NCBI RefSeq assembly: GCF_004010195.1
Contig: NC_057718.1
Span: 4,309,774 to 4,373,773 of the forward strand
Length of the DNA: 64,000 bases
Direction: 5' to 3'
Origin: Chiloscyllium plagiosum
Taxonomy: Eukaryota
The position numbers and the translations under genes were made by a program. Each line of letters starts with the position of its first letter. Within the stretch, counting starts at the first letter, position 1. The notes beneath the pieces were generated by a model. It searched no databases and was not told the origin of the DNA. It was given only the letters and a program-made list of their open reading frames with translations. Below are positions 14,720 to 28,600 of this stretch, in pieces.

Positions 14720-15272
14720 GTGATTGTGAGCACCACTGATTGTGAACACCAGTGATTGTGAACATCAGTGATTGTGAACTGCAGTGATTGTGAACAGCAG
14801 TGATTGTGGACACCACTGATTGTGAACATCAGTGATTGTGAACTGCAGTGATTGTGAACATCAGTGATTGTGAACATCAGTGATTGTGGACACCAGTGAT
14901 TGTGAACTGCAGTGATTGTGAACATCAGTGATTGTGGACACCACTGATTGTGAACTGCAGTCATTGTGAACATCAGTGATTGTGAACATCAGTGATTGTG
15001 AACATCAGTGATTGTGGACACCAGTGATTGGGAACTGTAGTGATTGTGAACTGCAGTAATTGTGAACAGCAGTGATTGTGGACACCACTGATTGTGAACA
15101 GCAGTGATTGTGGACACCACTGATTGTGAACATCAGTGATTGTGAACATCAGTGATTGTGAACAGCAGTGATTGTGGACACCACTGATTGTGAACATCAG
15201 TGATTGTGAACTGCAGTCATTGTGAAAATCAATGATTGGGAACTGTAGTGATTGGGAACATCGGTGATTCTG
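14720..15272. repeat. 16-bp minisatellite (AGTGATTGTGAACATC)n, continued at about 16035-16180
   Basis: About 34 near-identical tandem units. Confidence 0.95.
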
Positions 15273-15277
15273 ATTAT

Positions 15278-16034
15278 AAGAAGTAGGAATAGGAGTTGGC
15301 CATTCAGCCCAGCAAGACTACTCAACCATTTGATGAGGTCATGGCTGATCGGATAATCCTCAACTCCACTCTTCTGCTTTATCCCCAGAATCCTTGATGA
15401 CCTTCCTGATTAAAAATCTATCTCAGCCTTGAAAATACTTAACAATCCAGTCTTGACAATCCTCTGCACTTCTGAGAGAAAAGGTTCTCCCCATCTGGCT
15501 TAATTAAGTGACTCTTTATCCTGAGAGGATGTGCTCTGGTCTTAGACTCTCCCATGAGGGGAAACTACCTTCCATTTTACTATCAAACTCCCTAAGAACT
15601 CCATCTCTTTCAAAAAGGTCACCTTTCATTCCTCTAAACTCCAATGAGTTCAGGCCCAACCTACTCAACCTCTCCTCAAAATAAAATCCCATGCTATCCA
15701 GAATCAATATGATGAACCTTCTCTGGACTGCCTCCAATGCCAGTTCATCGTTCCTTCAATAATACGATCAAAGCTATTCACAGTATTTTAAGTATGCCTA
15801 ACTATTATCTTGTATAGTTTCAACAAAATATTCCTACTTTTATTTATCATTCCCTTTGGAAAAAAGGGTAATATCCCATTTGCCTGCCGTATTACCTGCT
15901 GAAGCTGAATGCTGTTTTTTTGTGATTTATGCACAAGGATTCACAAATCCCTCTGTGCTGTAGCTTCCTCAATTTAAATAATATTCAGCTTCTCCATTCT
16001 GCCTGCTAAAGTGAATAACCTCATATTTTCACAT
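15278..16034 (-). mobile_element. CR1 LINE fragment splitting a minisatellite
   Basis: EAVQRRF...LEFRGMKGDL; flanked on both sides by the 16-bp repeat. Confidence 0.85.
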
Positions 16035-16201
16035 AACATCAGTGGTTGTGAGCAGCAGTGATTGTGAACAGAGGTCGTTGTGAATTGGAATGATTGCGAA
16101 CAGAGGTGATTGTGAACAGAAGTGATTGTGAGCAGTGATGATTGTGAACAATAATAATTGTGAACAGCAGTGAATGTGAGCTGATCAAAGCGATATCTCA
16201 C

Positions 16202-16353
16202 CACGTCAATAAGCTGTGCGATGGAAAGGCCAAAGTTGACAATGACAGCATCTGAAGCATTGGTGACAGGTCTGGACCACCGATTGTAACCAGTGAAGAG
16301 ATGTTTGAAGAGTCTCTCCTCAGCCTGAGAATGAGTCTTCTCCTGGCAATGGA
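16202..16353 (-). CDS. chrna2: chrna2 coding exon 2 ([50 protein letters not shown])
   Basis: 152 bp, acceptor TTTAG, donor GTGAG. Translation matches the N-terminus of nAChR alpha-2/alpha-4. Confidence 0.95.
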
Positions 16354-17903
16354 CTAAAGATAAGAAAGAGGAAGGGGGTGAGGGAGAGAGAGGGGGAGGG
16401 AGAGGATGTGGGACAGGGAGAGGGAACAGGAAAGCGAGAGAAGGAGAGTGGGAGAAAAAGAGGGAGAGGAAGAGTGAGAGGGAGAGATACGGGGGGAATG
16501 GAGCAAGAGAGGGGCGAGAGAGAGAGAGAGGGAGAGATTATGAGTATGATGAAACCCACTGTAATCGATCAAACATATTGTTAACCCATTTGACCAGCAT
16601 CCACCAATCACCTTAAACATTAACTCCCTCCTAACGCTATCACACCTTCCAAACCCATGACCACTTCCATCTAGAAGAACAAGGGCAGCAGAGACATGGG
16701 AATGCCACCCACCAAACCACTCTCCATCCTGCCTTGAAAATATATTGCTGTTCCTTCAGTGTCACTGGGTCAAAATCCTGGAATTCCATCTCTCAGGGCA
16801 TTGTGGGTCTACCTACTGGACATGGACTGCAGCAGATCAGAAAGCACTATTTTCTCAAGGGTAACTAGGGATGGGCAATAAATAATAGCTTTCTATACAA
16901 TACTCACATCCAGTGAACAAATGGAAGCATGGGTAATGAATACCAATGGGATTATTGCAGTGTCAGTGGCTGAGGTGATGGAATCTAAATGTTTGATGCA
17001 CTTCAATGAGTGGTCTCTGCTGTGGTCAGCTTGTATTAAAATCTCGCAATCCCTCAAAATAAAACTTCTCATTCATTGAGGTCATTACTATATTGCTGTT
17101 ACTTTTTGTCTGGTACACCAATCAGGAGCTACATGCATGCTGTCTCATGTGGTACATGATATAGGAGCCTCAGTGATGACCTGTGCTAACCCTAATGATG
17201 ATCTGTCATCTATGACTTGAAACCAAACTTAACCACAAGAACTCTGAATGCCATTTCTACAAAGTCCTGATTGCCCAAGCTGCAGTGAAACTTGCTGGGC
17301 ACTTAATGGTAATCAACCAAAATCAGAAAGGGAAGCCCTTAGAAACAGAAACAGAAGTTGCTAGAGAAACGCAGCAAGTCTGACATTACCTATGGGAAGA
17401 AAGCATTGTTAATGTTTTGAGTCCATTGACCCTTCTTCAGAACTGATGTAGATAGGAAAAGCTTGGTATATGTGCTGAAGGTGGGATGGGAGATAAGTAA
17501 ATGATGTAATGGAGCTCAGAGAGAGATAACAGCAGATGGGCAGGCAAAGAACTAGAAAATGGTGCATCTGGGAGAGTCAAAAGCCATGGGTGAAACTGCG
17601 TTAGCTGTGATGGGTGCCCATAGCCCATGTGAAGACAAGAGGGTGGGTACAGGACATGGAAGGAGGTGCCCAGGCCCTCAAATTGCTAAACTTTATACTA
17701 AGTCCTGAAGGCTGTCAAGTTCCCAAGAAAGCCCCTTTTCCCCTCTCTGTATGACCCACAATGGGACACAATGGGCCTTTCTTTTGTGCAGCACTGTCTG
17801 TCTAATTCTATAAATGGAACTGAAATCCTGTGAGGAGGTCCTCCATGGAATGAGAGGATCAGCAAGCAAACACAAACATCCAAATTGCAAAATGTCAACT
17901 TAC

Positions 17904-17988
17904 TGCATCTGCACAGGAAGAGGGAACAGAGGAGGAGCAGACTGCAGCCTCCTGGCACACCTCCTGCCGAGAGTAAAAGAGTAAACAT
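17904..17988 (-). CDS. chrna2: chrna2 coding exon 1 (signal peptide MFTLLLSAGGVPGGCSLLLLCSLFLCRC)
   Basis: ATG at 17988 with an in-frame upstream stop, hydrophobic leader, donor A|GTAAGT at 17903. The 85 bp give phase 1, matching the next exon. An upstream acceptor (long pyrimidine tract + CAG at 18196-18198) implies a further non-coding 5' exon. Confidence 0.8.
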
Positions 17989-18118
17989 CTCCGTGTTCCT
18001 GACACTCCACTTTTAAACAAGAGGCAACAAGATTTCCGTTGTCCCACAACAGTTCATTAGAATGAAATTGCACAGCTCGCTTGGCTCAGGGTGTGGATTG
18101 CCTCTGAGATTCCCTCAT

Positions 18119-18139
18119 AGCGCTGTCCGCGGTGCTGAA
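18119..18139 (-). promoter_or_regulatory. RE1/NRSE (REST-binding element) in the chrna2 5' UTR
   Basis: Minus strand reads TTCAGCACCGCGGACAGCGCT versus canonical TTCAGCACCACGGACAGCGCC (19/21 identical). Confidence 0.85.
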
Positions 18140-20569
18140 ACTAGCTCTGTGCATCCACTGAGAAAGTGTCAGAGCCAGGAGTTACTGAACGTGTCCTGTC
18201 AGAGAGAGAAAAAAAGAGAAACATCCACATTAATATTTCAACTTGGAGAAGTGCACTTTACTGTAATAAAACAGAGTGCTCATCGTCTAAATCTTCTTCA
18301 ATCAAGTAAAGTGGTAGAAACAGAGATGAGGCCAAACTCTGTGACCCTTCAGTCTTGGTCACTGAAATTCGAGCCAAGGTTCCACTCAAGTGTTTGTTTA
18401 AGAGGTAAATCCAATGGCCACTATTCAAACACAACTTTCGATTCACAGTCATTATTTTGAATTAAAACCCAACTCTTCCTACAAAAATGCAAAATACAAA
18501 TACAATTACAGGGAGAACGCTCAGCTGTGTATTCCAGGATTTAAGTGTCTTTGTTAATTCTCCACCAGTCTAACAGGAGTTGGTAAAATGACCCATCCTT
18601 TTGTGAAACCCGTGTGACACTCACTATTCTGTTGCTGGGCACTATTTAACAGAGTGAGCCTTGCTTCCTGGAAAGTCTCCTTGTTAGAGGGTGTCAAACA
18701 TCTTTGATTTCCCAAGTTTACATTTAGATTACAACTTCAGTCTTATCGTTTTACGTTAAGAAAGAGCTCTGCATTTCATACAGTGTGAAAAGAGGCCATT
18801 CAGCTCATCAAGTCTGCACCAACCCTCCAAATAACATCCCACCCAGACCGCAATCCTATCCTTGGTTTTAGCTTGGCCAATCCACCCTAACCTGCACATC
18901 TTTGGACTGTGGGAGGAAACTGGAGCATCCTGAGGAAATCCTTGCAGGCATGGAGAGTATGTGCAAACTCCACACGGACAGTCACCTGAGGCTGGAATCA
19001 AACCTGAGTCCCGAGTGCCATGAAGCAGCAGTGCTAACCACTGAACCACCATGTTGTCCTGAGAGGATTTTCTGATGCAAAACCTTGCTTTAGAACTGGT
19101 ACAGGAAATGTGGCTGGGGAGAGGAGGATCAGGCATGTAGAGATGTTTCCCATTCTCAAAGTGTTCTGGTCTTGGGGAGAAGGAGGTGTTGGGTCTGGTG
19201 ACTGGGAGGCATTGTGCAGAGGAGGTGCTGGATCAGAGTCTAAGGTGTGCAAGGAATCCAGCTAGATGCATAGATGTTGGGGTGTATGGGAATTTGAGGT
19301 TCAGTTTAATAGTTTCCCAGCAGATAGACTAGGTTTTTGGTAGACCAACTTTTCCTGAGTAGCTTTTTACTTCCCTACAGTTGAATTCTCAGAATCCTCC
19401 AGTTTAAACAGGAACTTTTGGAAGAATCCAGAGAAGGAGGAATTTCCCATAGGAATCTTCAGGCTCCTAGACAATTCCCTCAGAATCTGCTACAACAGTA
19501 ATTCCACCAGAGACCTGTGCACAACTCCCTCCTACACTGCAGAAACAATTACCTCCCCATTGGAAAATCAAGGACATCATGTTACAAACAAAGTGGCAAA
19601 CTAAAACACTGTCAGAATGGTCAACAGTGAATCTTCATAAAGATTGGTTGGTGAATGGAGAGGATCTCCACAAACACAGATCAATGAACAGAGATGAAAA
19701 TAGGGGAAGTGGTGAAGAATCTCCGCTGGTTTGGCAGCATTTGTGGAGAAAGAAAGAGAGTTAATGTTTTGTGTCTAATATGAACCTTCTTTGGAACTGA
19801 AGATGTTTGATATATGATACTTTTTTTTATCCTATTTGTCAAAGTGAAGGATGAAGTGAGTGAGGGTGCCCAGAGCAAATGACAAAGAGAGTGCTAATGG
19901 GGATAAAGAAGGGATTGGGGTACAGAAGAAGTGTTAATTGTAGGTGTGAATAAGAGGAAATAGATCAGCACTGCTGAGAGAGCAAACCCATGCAAACAAG
20001 GGGAACAGGGTGTAACGACAATGAAAGATAGAGTTCTCCCTCACAAGCAAACAGAGTGACAAGCAGAGAAAAATTTTCCTGTTGACTTCTCCTGCAGTCA
20101 GTGCTGTCAAGACAGGGAGTAGGAGTCTAGAACTGACTCAGAATTGTGCATCGAAGGAATGGTTGTAACAGGCAATAAATAATGTAACTATTTACACCAA
20201 CTCAAAGTGGAGTTTGTCAGCTCAAAGGAGACGATGTATAATTGAGGTGACAGCACAAAGCTTTGCAAATTGATGTGGAAATCACCTGGAATAATCAGAT
20301 GATGCCATTCTGTCTTGAAGGGTTTTAGAGTCACAGATGTAATTGTTACGTTCTGGCCCTTTCATTAAGGAGCTCACCGGCCTCCCCTTGCCCAACTGAA
20401 TTATTCCAGCACTGAACCAGCATCAAGCTCATCCCCTTTATCAACCTGATTGCTAAGTCAGATTATAGCAGGTAAAAATCCAACATCACATCACAAGCTG
20501 TACATTGAGGGTACCAGTGGGCCCTCCCATATGAATCACCGCTGATTGACTCCACTGGGAGCATAGGAT

Positions 20570-21545
20570 CAAAGAACCATACAGTAAAGAAGAGACCCTT
20601 CAGCCCATCAAGTCTGCATCAACAAAAACCACTCTAAACCTACAATAGTCCCACTTTCCAGGACTTGGTCCATAGATTTGAATGTTGTGACATTTCAAGA
20701 GCTCGTCCAATTGCCTTTTAAAGGTAGTGACACTTCCCACCTCAACTACAATTCCACAGAGTGCAATCCAGATTCCCACCACCCTCTGGGTGAAAATTTC
20801 TTCCTTCAAGTTCGCTCCAAACTCCTGCCTTTCACATTAAAAATAAGCACCTTGTTAATGATCCTTCAGCTAAGGGGAACAGCTGCTATCTATCCACCCT
20901 GCCCATGCTCCTCATAATCTTCTACACCTCTGTCAGGTACCCCCACCCCCTTAACCTAACTCCGCTCCTAAGGAAACAGCTTAAGTTTATCTTCCTTGTT
21001 GAAATGCTCCATCCCAGACAATATCCTGGTGATCTCCTCTGTACCCCCTCCAGTGCAATCCCACCCTTCCTATACAAAAACACAAGTTGCTGGAAAAGCT
21101 TAGCAGGTGTAGGAGGATCTGTGAAGAGAAAGTAGAGTTAACATTTTGAGTCCAGTGAGCCTTCTTCAGAACTCCATTTCTGAAGAAGGGTCATTGGGCC
21201 TGAAATGTTAACTCTGCTTTTTTCCCATGGGTAATGCCAGACCTGCTGAGTTTTTCCAACAATTTCTGTTTTTGTTTCTGATTTCCAGCATCTGCAGTTC
21301 TTTCCATTTTTGTTGAGTGTCGCACCCTTCCTGCAGTGCAGTGATGAGAACTGCACACAGTATTCCAGTTGTGGTCCAACCAAAGTCGCATACAGCTTCA
21401 ACATAACCTCCCTGCACTTCTAATGTATATCCCAACTGGGAAAGGCATGTAGCGCATATGCCACCTTCAGGACACTATTAACCTGTCCTACCACCTTCAG
21501 GGATCTGTGGAAAAGCTCATCAAGATCCTTCTGTTCTTCTGAGTT
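20570..21545 (-). mobile_element. CR1 fragment with a nested inverted Penelope-type end module (about 21075-21310)
   Basis: LVGPQLEYCVQF and FTQRVVGIW motifs interrupted by a hairpin-forming insert. Confidence 0.8.
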
Positions 21546-22189
21546 TGTGTCCTACTGTTCCTGCCATCCTCTGCTTTATATTTGTTTTCCCCTTGTGTTC
21601 TCCAGCTAACTGACCATCATTTCCTTTGATAAATCTCAATAAACTGGCTGTGTTAAATCAGTACTGTTTTGGTCTGACACAGGGGGAGTTATACCAACCA
21701 GAGAGAGAAGGACAGAGACCAAAAGAGCATGCGAGTTGGGGGAATAAGAAAGAGAAGAGAGCGGTCAATAGAAAAATGAACAGAAACAGAAAATTTAATG
21801 GAGATATCCATAAAATGGAATAGAGGGAAATCAGAGAATTAAATTCTGGATATAAAACCATTGAGCAGTGACAGGAGAAATAGACCAGGGAGATGGGGAA
21901 GGGCGGAGATTATGAAACCAGAAAGAGAAAGAGATAATGAAATGGAGAAACAGAGAAATATATAAATGAAAGACTGAGGGTTGGGGAAGAAAGAAATAAT
22001 TATAAGATGGAATAGTCAGAGACATAGTGAAAATCAGAGAAGGGAACTTTTTATAAAAAAAAAACTGAAATAAAAGTGATCAGAGAGGTGGAGAAACACA
22101 GACTGACAAAGGGAAAATGCAAAACTGGGCGAACAATTTCAGATTCATGTGAGAATGCGAGAAACTACAATAAAAAGATTGGGGCACAC

Positions 22190-22600
22190 ACTATCACACA
22201 CACTGTCTCACACACACTAACACTAACACACTGTGAGACACTGACCCACACTTACTGTCACGCACACTGTCTCACACACACTAACACTAACACATTGTGA
22301 GACACTGACCCACACTCACTGTCACGCACACTGTCTCTCTCACACACTAACACTAACACACTGTGAGACACTGACCCACACTCACTGTCACGCACAATGT
22401 CTCTCACACACATTAACACTAACACACTGTGAGACACTGACCCACACTCACTGTCACACACACTGTCTCACACACACTAACACTAACACACCGTGAGACA
22501 CTGACCCACACTCACTACCACGCACACTGTCTCACACACACGAACGCTAACACACTGTGAGACACTGACCCACACTCACTACCACGAGCACACACTGACC
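22190..22600. repeat. About 64-bp CA-rich minisatellite, about 6 copies
   Basis: Repeated CACTAACACTAACACACTGTGAGACACTGACCCACACTCACTGTCACG. Confidence 0.9.
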
Positions 22601-25600
22601 CTGCTCTAAGGCTTAGGTGCTCCTGGTCCAGAGAGAGAACGGTTCAGTTCCGCATGGTCTCATTGCAGAGCGGCTCCAGGTCGCTGCCACCGCCGGTTTG
22701 TGGTGAACTGTGAGGCGGGGGAGGGTGGAATTGCCAGAAGGACTGGGGTCCTGGCTGCTTGCCGGAGCTGGAAGAGGAGCTGGGTTCCTGGCCTGTCCCA
22801 CACTCTGAGCTGAGCAGACAGCCCACTGTCTCAGCACATAGCAACCCCAGCTTCCCCCTGCTCCGTTTCGCACAGTCAATCCGGACTGGGGGATCACTGC
22901 AGCTTCCCCACAATCACAACCGCCTCACAGCGAAAGCCGAGCTGCCCCAGACACACATTCATCCAAACACCAGCTACGGTCCTGTGGAGAGAAGCCAGTA
23001 TGACAGAGACAGTGAGCTCTGTGTGTGTGAGAGAGTGACAATAGGAATCTCAGCCTGGAGCAGTCTGCAAATATCACGGCTGGGAGTCAGTTCCCCTCAC
23101 ATTACACCCGGATCCAAAACGTTTCCGTCCGACTGGCTAAATGTCTGTACTGCCTAACCAGAGTCTATGCAAAGGATAAAACTTTTTACTCTACCTGTGC
23201 CTGGGAGTGTTTGATGGGGGACAGTGTGAAAGGAGTTTTGCTCCATATCTAGCCCCGGGCTGTCCCTCTGCTTGGAGTGTTTGAAAGGACAGTAGAGAGG
23301 GAACTTTATTATGCATCTAACCCCGTGCTGTCCCTGTCCTGGGAGAATTTGATGGGAGAGTGTTACGAAGTGGATTGTTGACAGTTGTAGATTGTAAATT
23401 ATATTATTAATAGTGATTGCTTGTGATTGTTTGGTGCTGTGAGCATTACTGCCTGAAAGCATTGATTGAAGAAATGATTCTGAGTTATTTGCTCTTTATT
23501 AACTTCAGTGAAAGTGCAGTGTCAGATGGTGGCTGCAGAATTGATTGAGTGACCTCAAGGGTTTCTCTCGAGTCAGGATCGATTTTTTCAGTTGGCAGCA
23601 TCAGAAATAAAACCAAAGGATTGTCACTCAGATTTTTGACCATATACAGAGTCCATTAATTATAACATTTCCATATTCACTACTAATATTGAGATTGCTG
23701 TGATAGTTATTTCAAACAACAAAGAAAGCCGGAGAAACTCGGCAGGTCTGTCAGTATCTGTGGAGAAAGAAATAAATCAACGTTTTTCGGTCTGTTATGA
23801 TTTCTTCAGAACCGAAGTGGACTGAAAAATACCACCGTTAAAAGGGAATAAAATATTCCCCTTCTTGTTCTTTCCATTCAGTGGTGTCCCCTGCCCTCTA
23901 TCCCAAAATCTGTAGCCAGCAAGAATGGAGGAATAATCCGAGGTTCCCACCAGAGTAACTCTCCGCCATGAAGCACTGGAGTGACACTTATCTCATTGAT
24001 TCATGAGAATAGTGATGAGGAACTGCATTCTGGGCCAGCAGCTTCCTGCCTGTGATTGGTGCAGATTTATTCTTGGGTGTGTCTATCCAGGTGTGTTACA
24101 TAAGAACGCTCAGTGGTAAATCATAGAATCCTGACAGTACGAAAACAGGCCATTCCGCCCATCGAGTCCACACTGACCCTGCAAAGAGCATCCTACCCAG
24201 ACCCAACCCAATCGCTGTATACACACATTTCCTATGGCAAATCAACCTAACATGCATATCCCTGGAAACAATGGGCAAATTAGCATGGCTTATCCACCTA
24301 ACCTGCCCATCTTTGGACTGTGGGAGGAAACCAGAGCACCCAGAGGAAACCCATGCAGACACGGAGAAAATGTGCAAACTCCCCACAGACAGTCACCAGA
24401 GGGTGGAGTCAAACCCAGGTCCCTGGCATTGTAAGGCAGCAGGGCTAACCACTGAGCCACCAGCCTGCCTGTGATGATGTGTTTGCTGAAAGTATTGAAG
24501 GAAATCAACTCTTTGAGCACACTGCCACCTCAAGCTGAAATACATTGTGACTCACAAATCCCAAATACATCAACCTCTGTTCTAAATACCTGAATAGATA
24601 TCCCGGCTCTAGAAATTTGACCATACTGCACCAGAGCTATCAGGGGATGGTTTCCAACTTTTGTTGATATGGATTCAAGATTCACATTGAATCTGTGCTG
24701 GACCCTCATTAAAATGACCTGGCAGTTCTGACAGACTCAACAAATTGGAAAGAACCTTGGACAAGGGGCTTGCAAAAGTTCCAGAAAGAAGGCCCGGGCC
24801 CAGGCTGATGATCAGCAAAGCTGCTCAGAAGATCCTGCTCCAAGCATACATTTCAGCCAGCCTTCTATTGGCCACCTGTATTTCCTGTGGGAAAAGGCAA
24901 CTGAGGAAGTCATCGCTTTGGACTGAGCCTGAGAATATAGCTGCAATTCAGGAAAGAGTTCAATGATCTCACAGGACTGTTCAGAGGGACAAATGGCTTA
25001 CACAGAAAGGGTGGGTTCGTATGTGGAATGAAATTCCTGAGGAAGTGGTGGATGTGAGAACAGTTCCAATGTTGAAAACAGACTTAGATAAGTACATGAA
25101 TAGGAAAGGTTTGAAGGGCTATGGGCCAAGCATAAGCAGGTGGAGCTAGTTTAGTTTGGGATTGTGTTTGGCATGGAGTTGTTGGACCGAAGGGTCAGTT
25201 TCCGTGTTTTATGACTCTATTACTTTATGTCTCACAACTCAACAGCTCATTTGTCTGTAATTATTGCATTACACTACACATTCACTCCCTCACACCTTAT
25301 TACCCACCTTACATTATGCAAACTGTACATCAGCTATTCCTCAGCCACACCTGTTCTTTAAAAACAAGGCTCTCACTACCACACTCTCTTGCATGACAAG
25401 GTCACATATAACCCAGGACAAAAGACCACTCTCTGAGAAGGCTGTGCCTACCTGTTTCACAGCAGAGAGGTTGCACAAGGGTGGGAGAAGAATTGAAACA
25501 ATCAAAACTGGAAGCTCTGGGAGACGCACTGCTTCAGAGCTCATTTACTTTGTCTTCCTGATCCCTGTCCCAGCCCATAGTCTCTGCACGAGAAACTACA

Positions 25601-28600
25601 GCTGCTTTCATCAGTCACCTTCCAGTGGCCATCACAGCAAACATACACTCGCACGCACACTTATACACACACACACACACACTCACACTGAGGAAACACT
25701 CAGAGGATTGGACAAAGGAAAGACAAGATAGGCTGTAAGGAGACTTAACAGGGCAGGTGTGAGGAGAATATCTCTTGATGTGAGGCAATCTAGAACTGGA
25801 GGAAACTTATTTTTAAAAGTTAAAGGTCTCCCACTTGCAAGGAGATGAGGAGGAATGTTATAATTACGGAGGTTCATTAGCTTGTGGTACTGTCCAGCCA
25901 TGTGTGCAGTGCAGTCTGGGTCAGTCGATCGCTTTGAGGCAATTGGACAGATTTATAAGGGACAGGGCAGTGAAGGGATGTGGAGGGCAGATAGGAAAGT
26001 GCAGTCAAAGTAACAATCAGATCAACCATGATCATGCCCAATGACCGAGCAGACTTGAGGAGCCAAATGGCACATTCCTGCTCCTCATTCTTGTGTTTCT
26101 TATGGGCTTTACAATAGTATTTCTCAAACAGAATACTGAAGAATTGAGTTCTTTCCATTTACCTTTCCTTCAGAATTTGGGGCTTGTGTCAACATTCATT
26201 TTGACGTAAGGATAAGGTGACCCTGAAGGAAGGAAAGCAAGTGATGGTGTTGACGGTGGTGACAAAGGCTGTGGGAGTATTGATCATTGGAAGGAATGAC
26301 TCAGCTGTAGTGCTGCTACATCACCTGCTCTCCAAGAATCCTGCAAATCAGGATACATGCATTTACTGTTCAGAGAGTTGGAACTGAAATAGATCGCTGT
26401 TCCTTTAGTGTCACTGGCTCAAAATCCTGGAATTCCCTTTCCAATGGGCTTGTAGGTCTATCCATAGCACATGGACTGCAGTAGTTCAAGAAGGCAGCTC
26501 ACCCCCACCTTCTCAAGGGGCAACTAGGGACGGGCAATCAATGCTGGTCCGCAATAACCGACCCAGCTTGCACTGTTCACATGGCTAGAGAAGATTGGGA
26601 GACATTTTTCCTCAAAGCAGAAGGCTCAAAAAGCAGGGGGCAGAAATTTAAGGGGGTTCAGAGGAAATTTGAGGAAAGATTCTTTCACTAAGAGGATTGT
26701 GGGTATCTGAAACGATGAAAGGGTGATTGGAGCAGGAACCCTCAAGACGTTTAAGAATCATTCAGATGAGCACTTGAAATATCACAGCATACAAGATTAC
26801 AAGTCAAGTGCTGGATGGATGGTTGATGACTGAAGCAGACACGATGGGCTGAAGGGCCTCTTTCTCCAAGGTAAAAGCTCTATAACTCAATATTAACGTA
26901 TGTTGTCATTGAGAATATAAAAATATATGCTGCATTGATATGGGACAAGGATTGCACCCTCTCCTGAGGCTTTAGTTCTATTTAATGAAGGATTGCACCC
27001 ACCTGACATTGCGTCTTATTCTGGATATTGGAACACTGGCTAATGGAGGCTTCAGTGATATCACAGCGGATTCTCACACAGACTGTAGTGCCTCACTCAT
27101 GTCACCTTGTGCAGTCTGAAATAATCCCATAGTTAGGGAGCACAATGATCCGGACAGTCATGAGCTGTACTGCCCAGCACCTGATGCTGTGCCATCTCCT
27201 CCCTCTGGTTCCCCACTGCTCTCCTGCACTACTGGGCTATCCATGTGGTTCCCCATTGCCCCCCTGCATGAGAAGGAACCAGGCCAGACCAGCAGTGAGG
27301 CTTGCTAATCAGCAGGTAAGCCAAATGCCCTGGGTAAGAGGCTTATCTAACACTGCAGTGTGGCAGGATCTGGTGATTTGATTTTCTGCACAGGTGTATC
27401 ATGTGATGCTGGATCAGGTGAAGGTCATTGGCTATCCTGGACATTTACACTGAACATAGAACATTACAATGTAGTACAGGCCCTTCGGCCCTCGATGTTG
27501 CACCAACCTGTGGAACCAATCTGAAGCCCATCTATCCTACACTATTCCATTTTCATCCATATGTTTATCCAATGACCATTTAAATGCCCTTAAAGTTGGT
27601 GAGTTTACTACCATTGCAGTCAGTGTGTTCCATGTCCCTAGTCTCTGAGTAAAGAAACTACCTCAGACGTCTATCCTATATCTATCACCCCTCAATTTAA
27701 AGCTATGACCCCTTGTGATAGCTATCCAAAGAAAAAAGGCTCTCACTGTCCAACCTATCTAACCCTCTGATTATCTTATAAGTCTCAATTATGTCACCTC
27801 TCAACCTTCTTCTCTCTAACGAAAACAGCTTCAAGTCCCTCAGCCTTTCCACATAAGACCCCCCACTATATTCTGCATTCTGTTCTATTACCCTGATGTG
27901 CTTATGTTAGGTATGATCTGGTTACTATGCAAAACAATACTTTTCACTGCATCTCGGTACATGTGACAATAATAAATCAAAACAAATCAAATCAGGCTTG
28001 GATACAGTTCGTTCGGGTATGATGCATGTTTCAGCAACGTGAATTGGCTATAACACAATTGATGAATTGTGGATGCTGTTTGGATAATGCAAACTTTCTA
28101 CTGAATGAGTATAACGATATTCTATAGTGATCTTCTACAGCGCAATTTTCAATTGGGTTTACCATAGTGTGATTTTCGACAGCACGCAGTCACAGAGGAG
28201 CAGATGCTGTGTTATATCAGAATAACCTGTGTATGACTTTTTCTCTCATCATGTGAGCTGTCAATTAACCTACTATTCAAAGCATACAAATTCTTCAGCA
28301 CCTATCCGCAAGGTTGTCAGTCCTGGGTCCTGTACTCTGGCATGTTCACATTCTGGAAGTTTTTTGTCAGTATTGTCATTGTGCCATCCTTCAGCTTGAC
28401 CAGCAGGACTCCAGGGTAAACATTGACACCCTGGAAACTGCTACAATCACTGGCATTGAAGTGATTCTCCTGCAAAGCCAGCTGCACTGTGCAGGTTATC
28501 ATGCCCAGATGGATAACAGTTGCTTGCACAAGATCATGTGACACAGAGAGTTGACCACTATCAGATGGCACACAGGGGTGCTATACAAATGTTTTACAGG

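Noticed and set aside
14720..15272. CRISPR-like periodic array and the ORFs over it
   Set aside because: Head-to-tail 16-bp units without unique spacers, in eukaryotic DNA; the ORFs are repeat artefacts.
24745..24966. 73-aa plus-strand ORF in non-repeat DNA
   Set aside because: No recognisable domain or splice structure.
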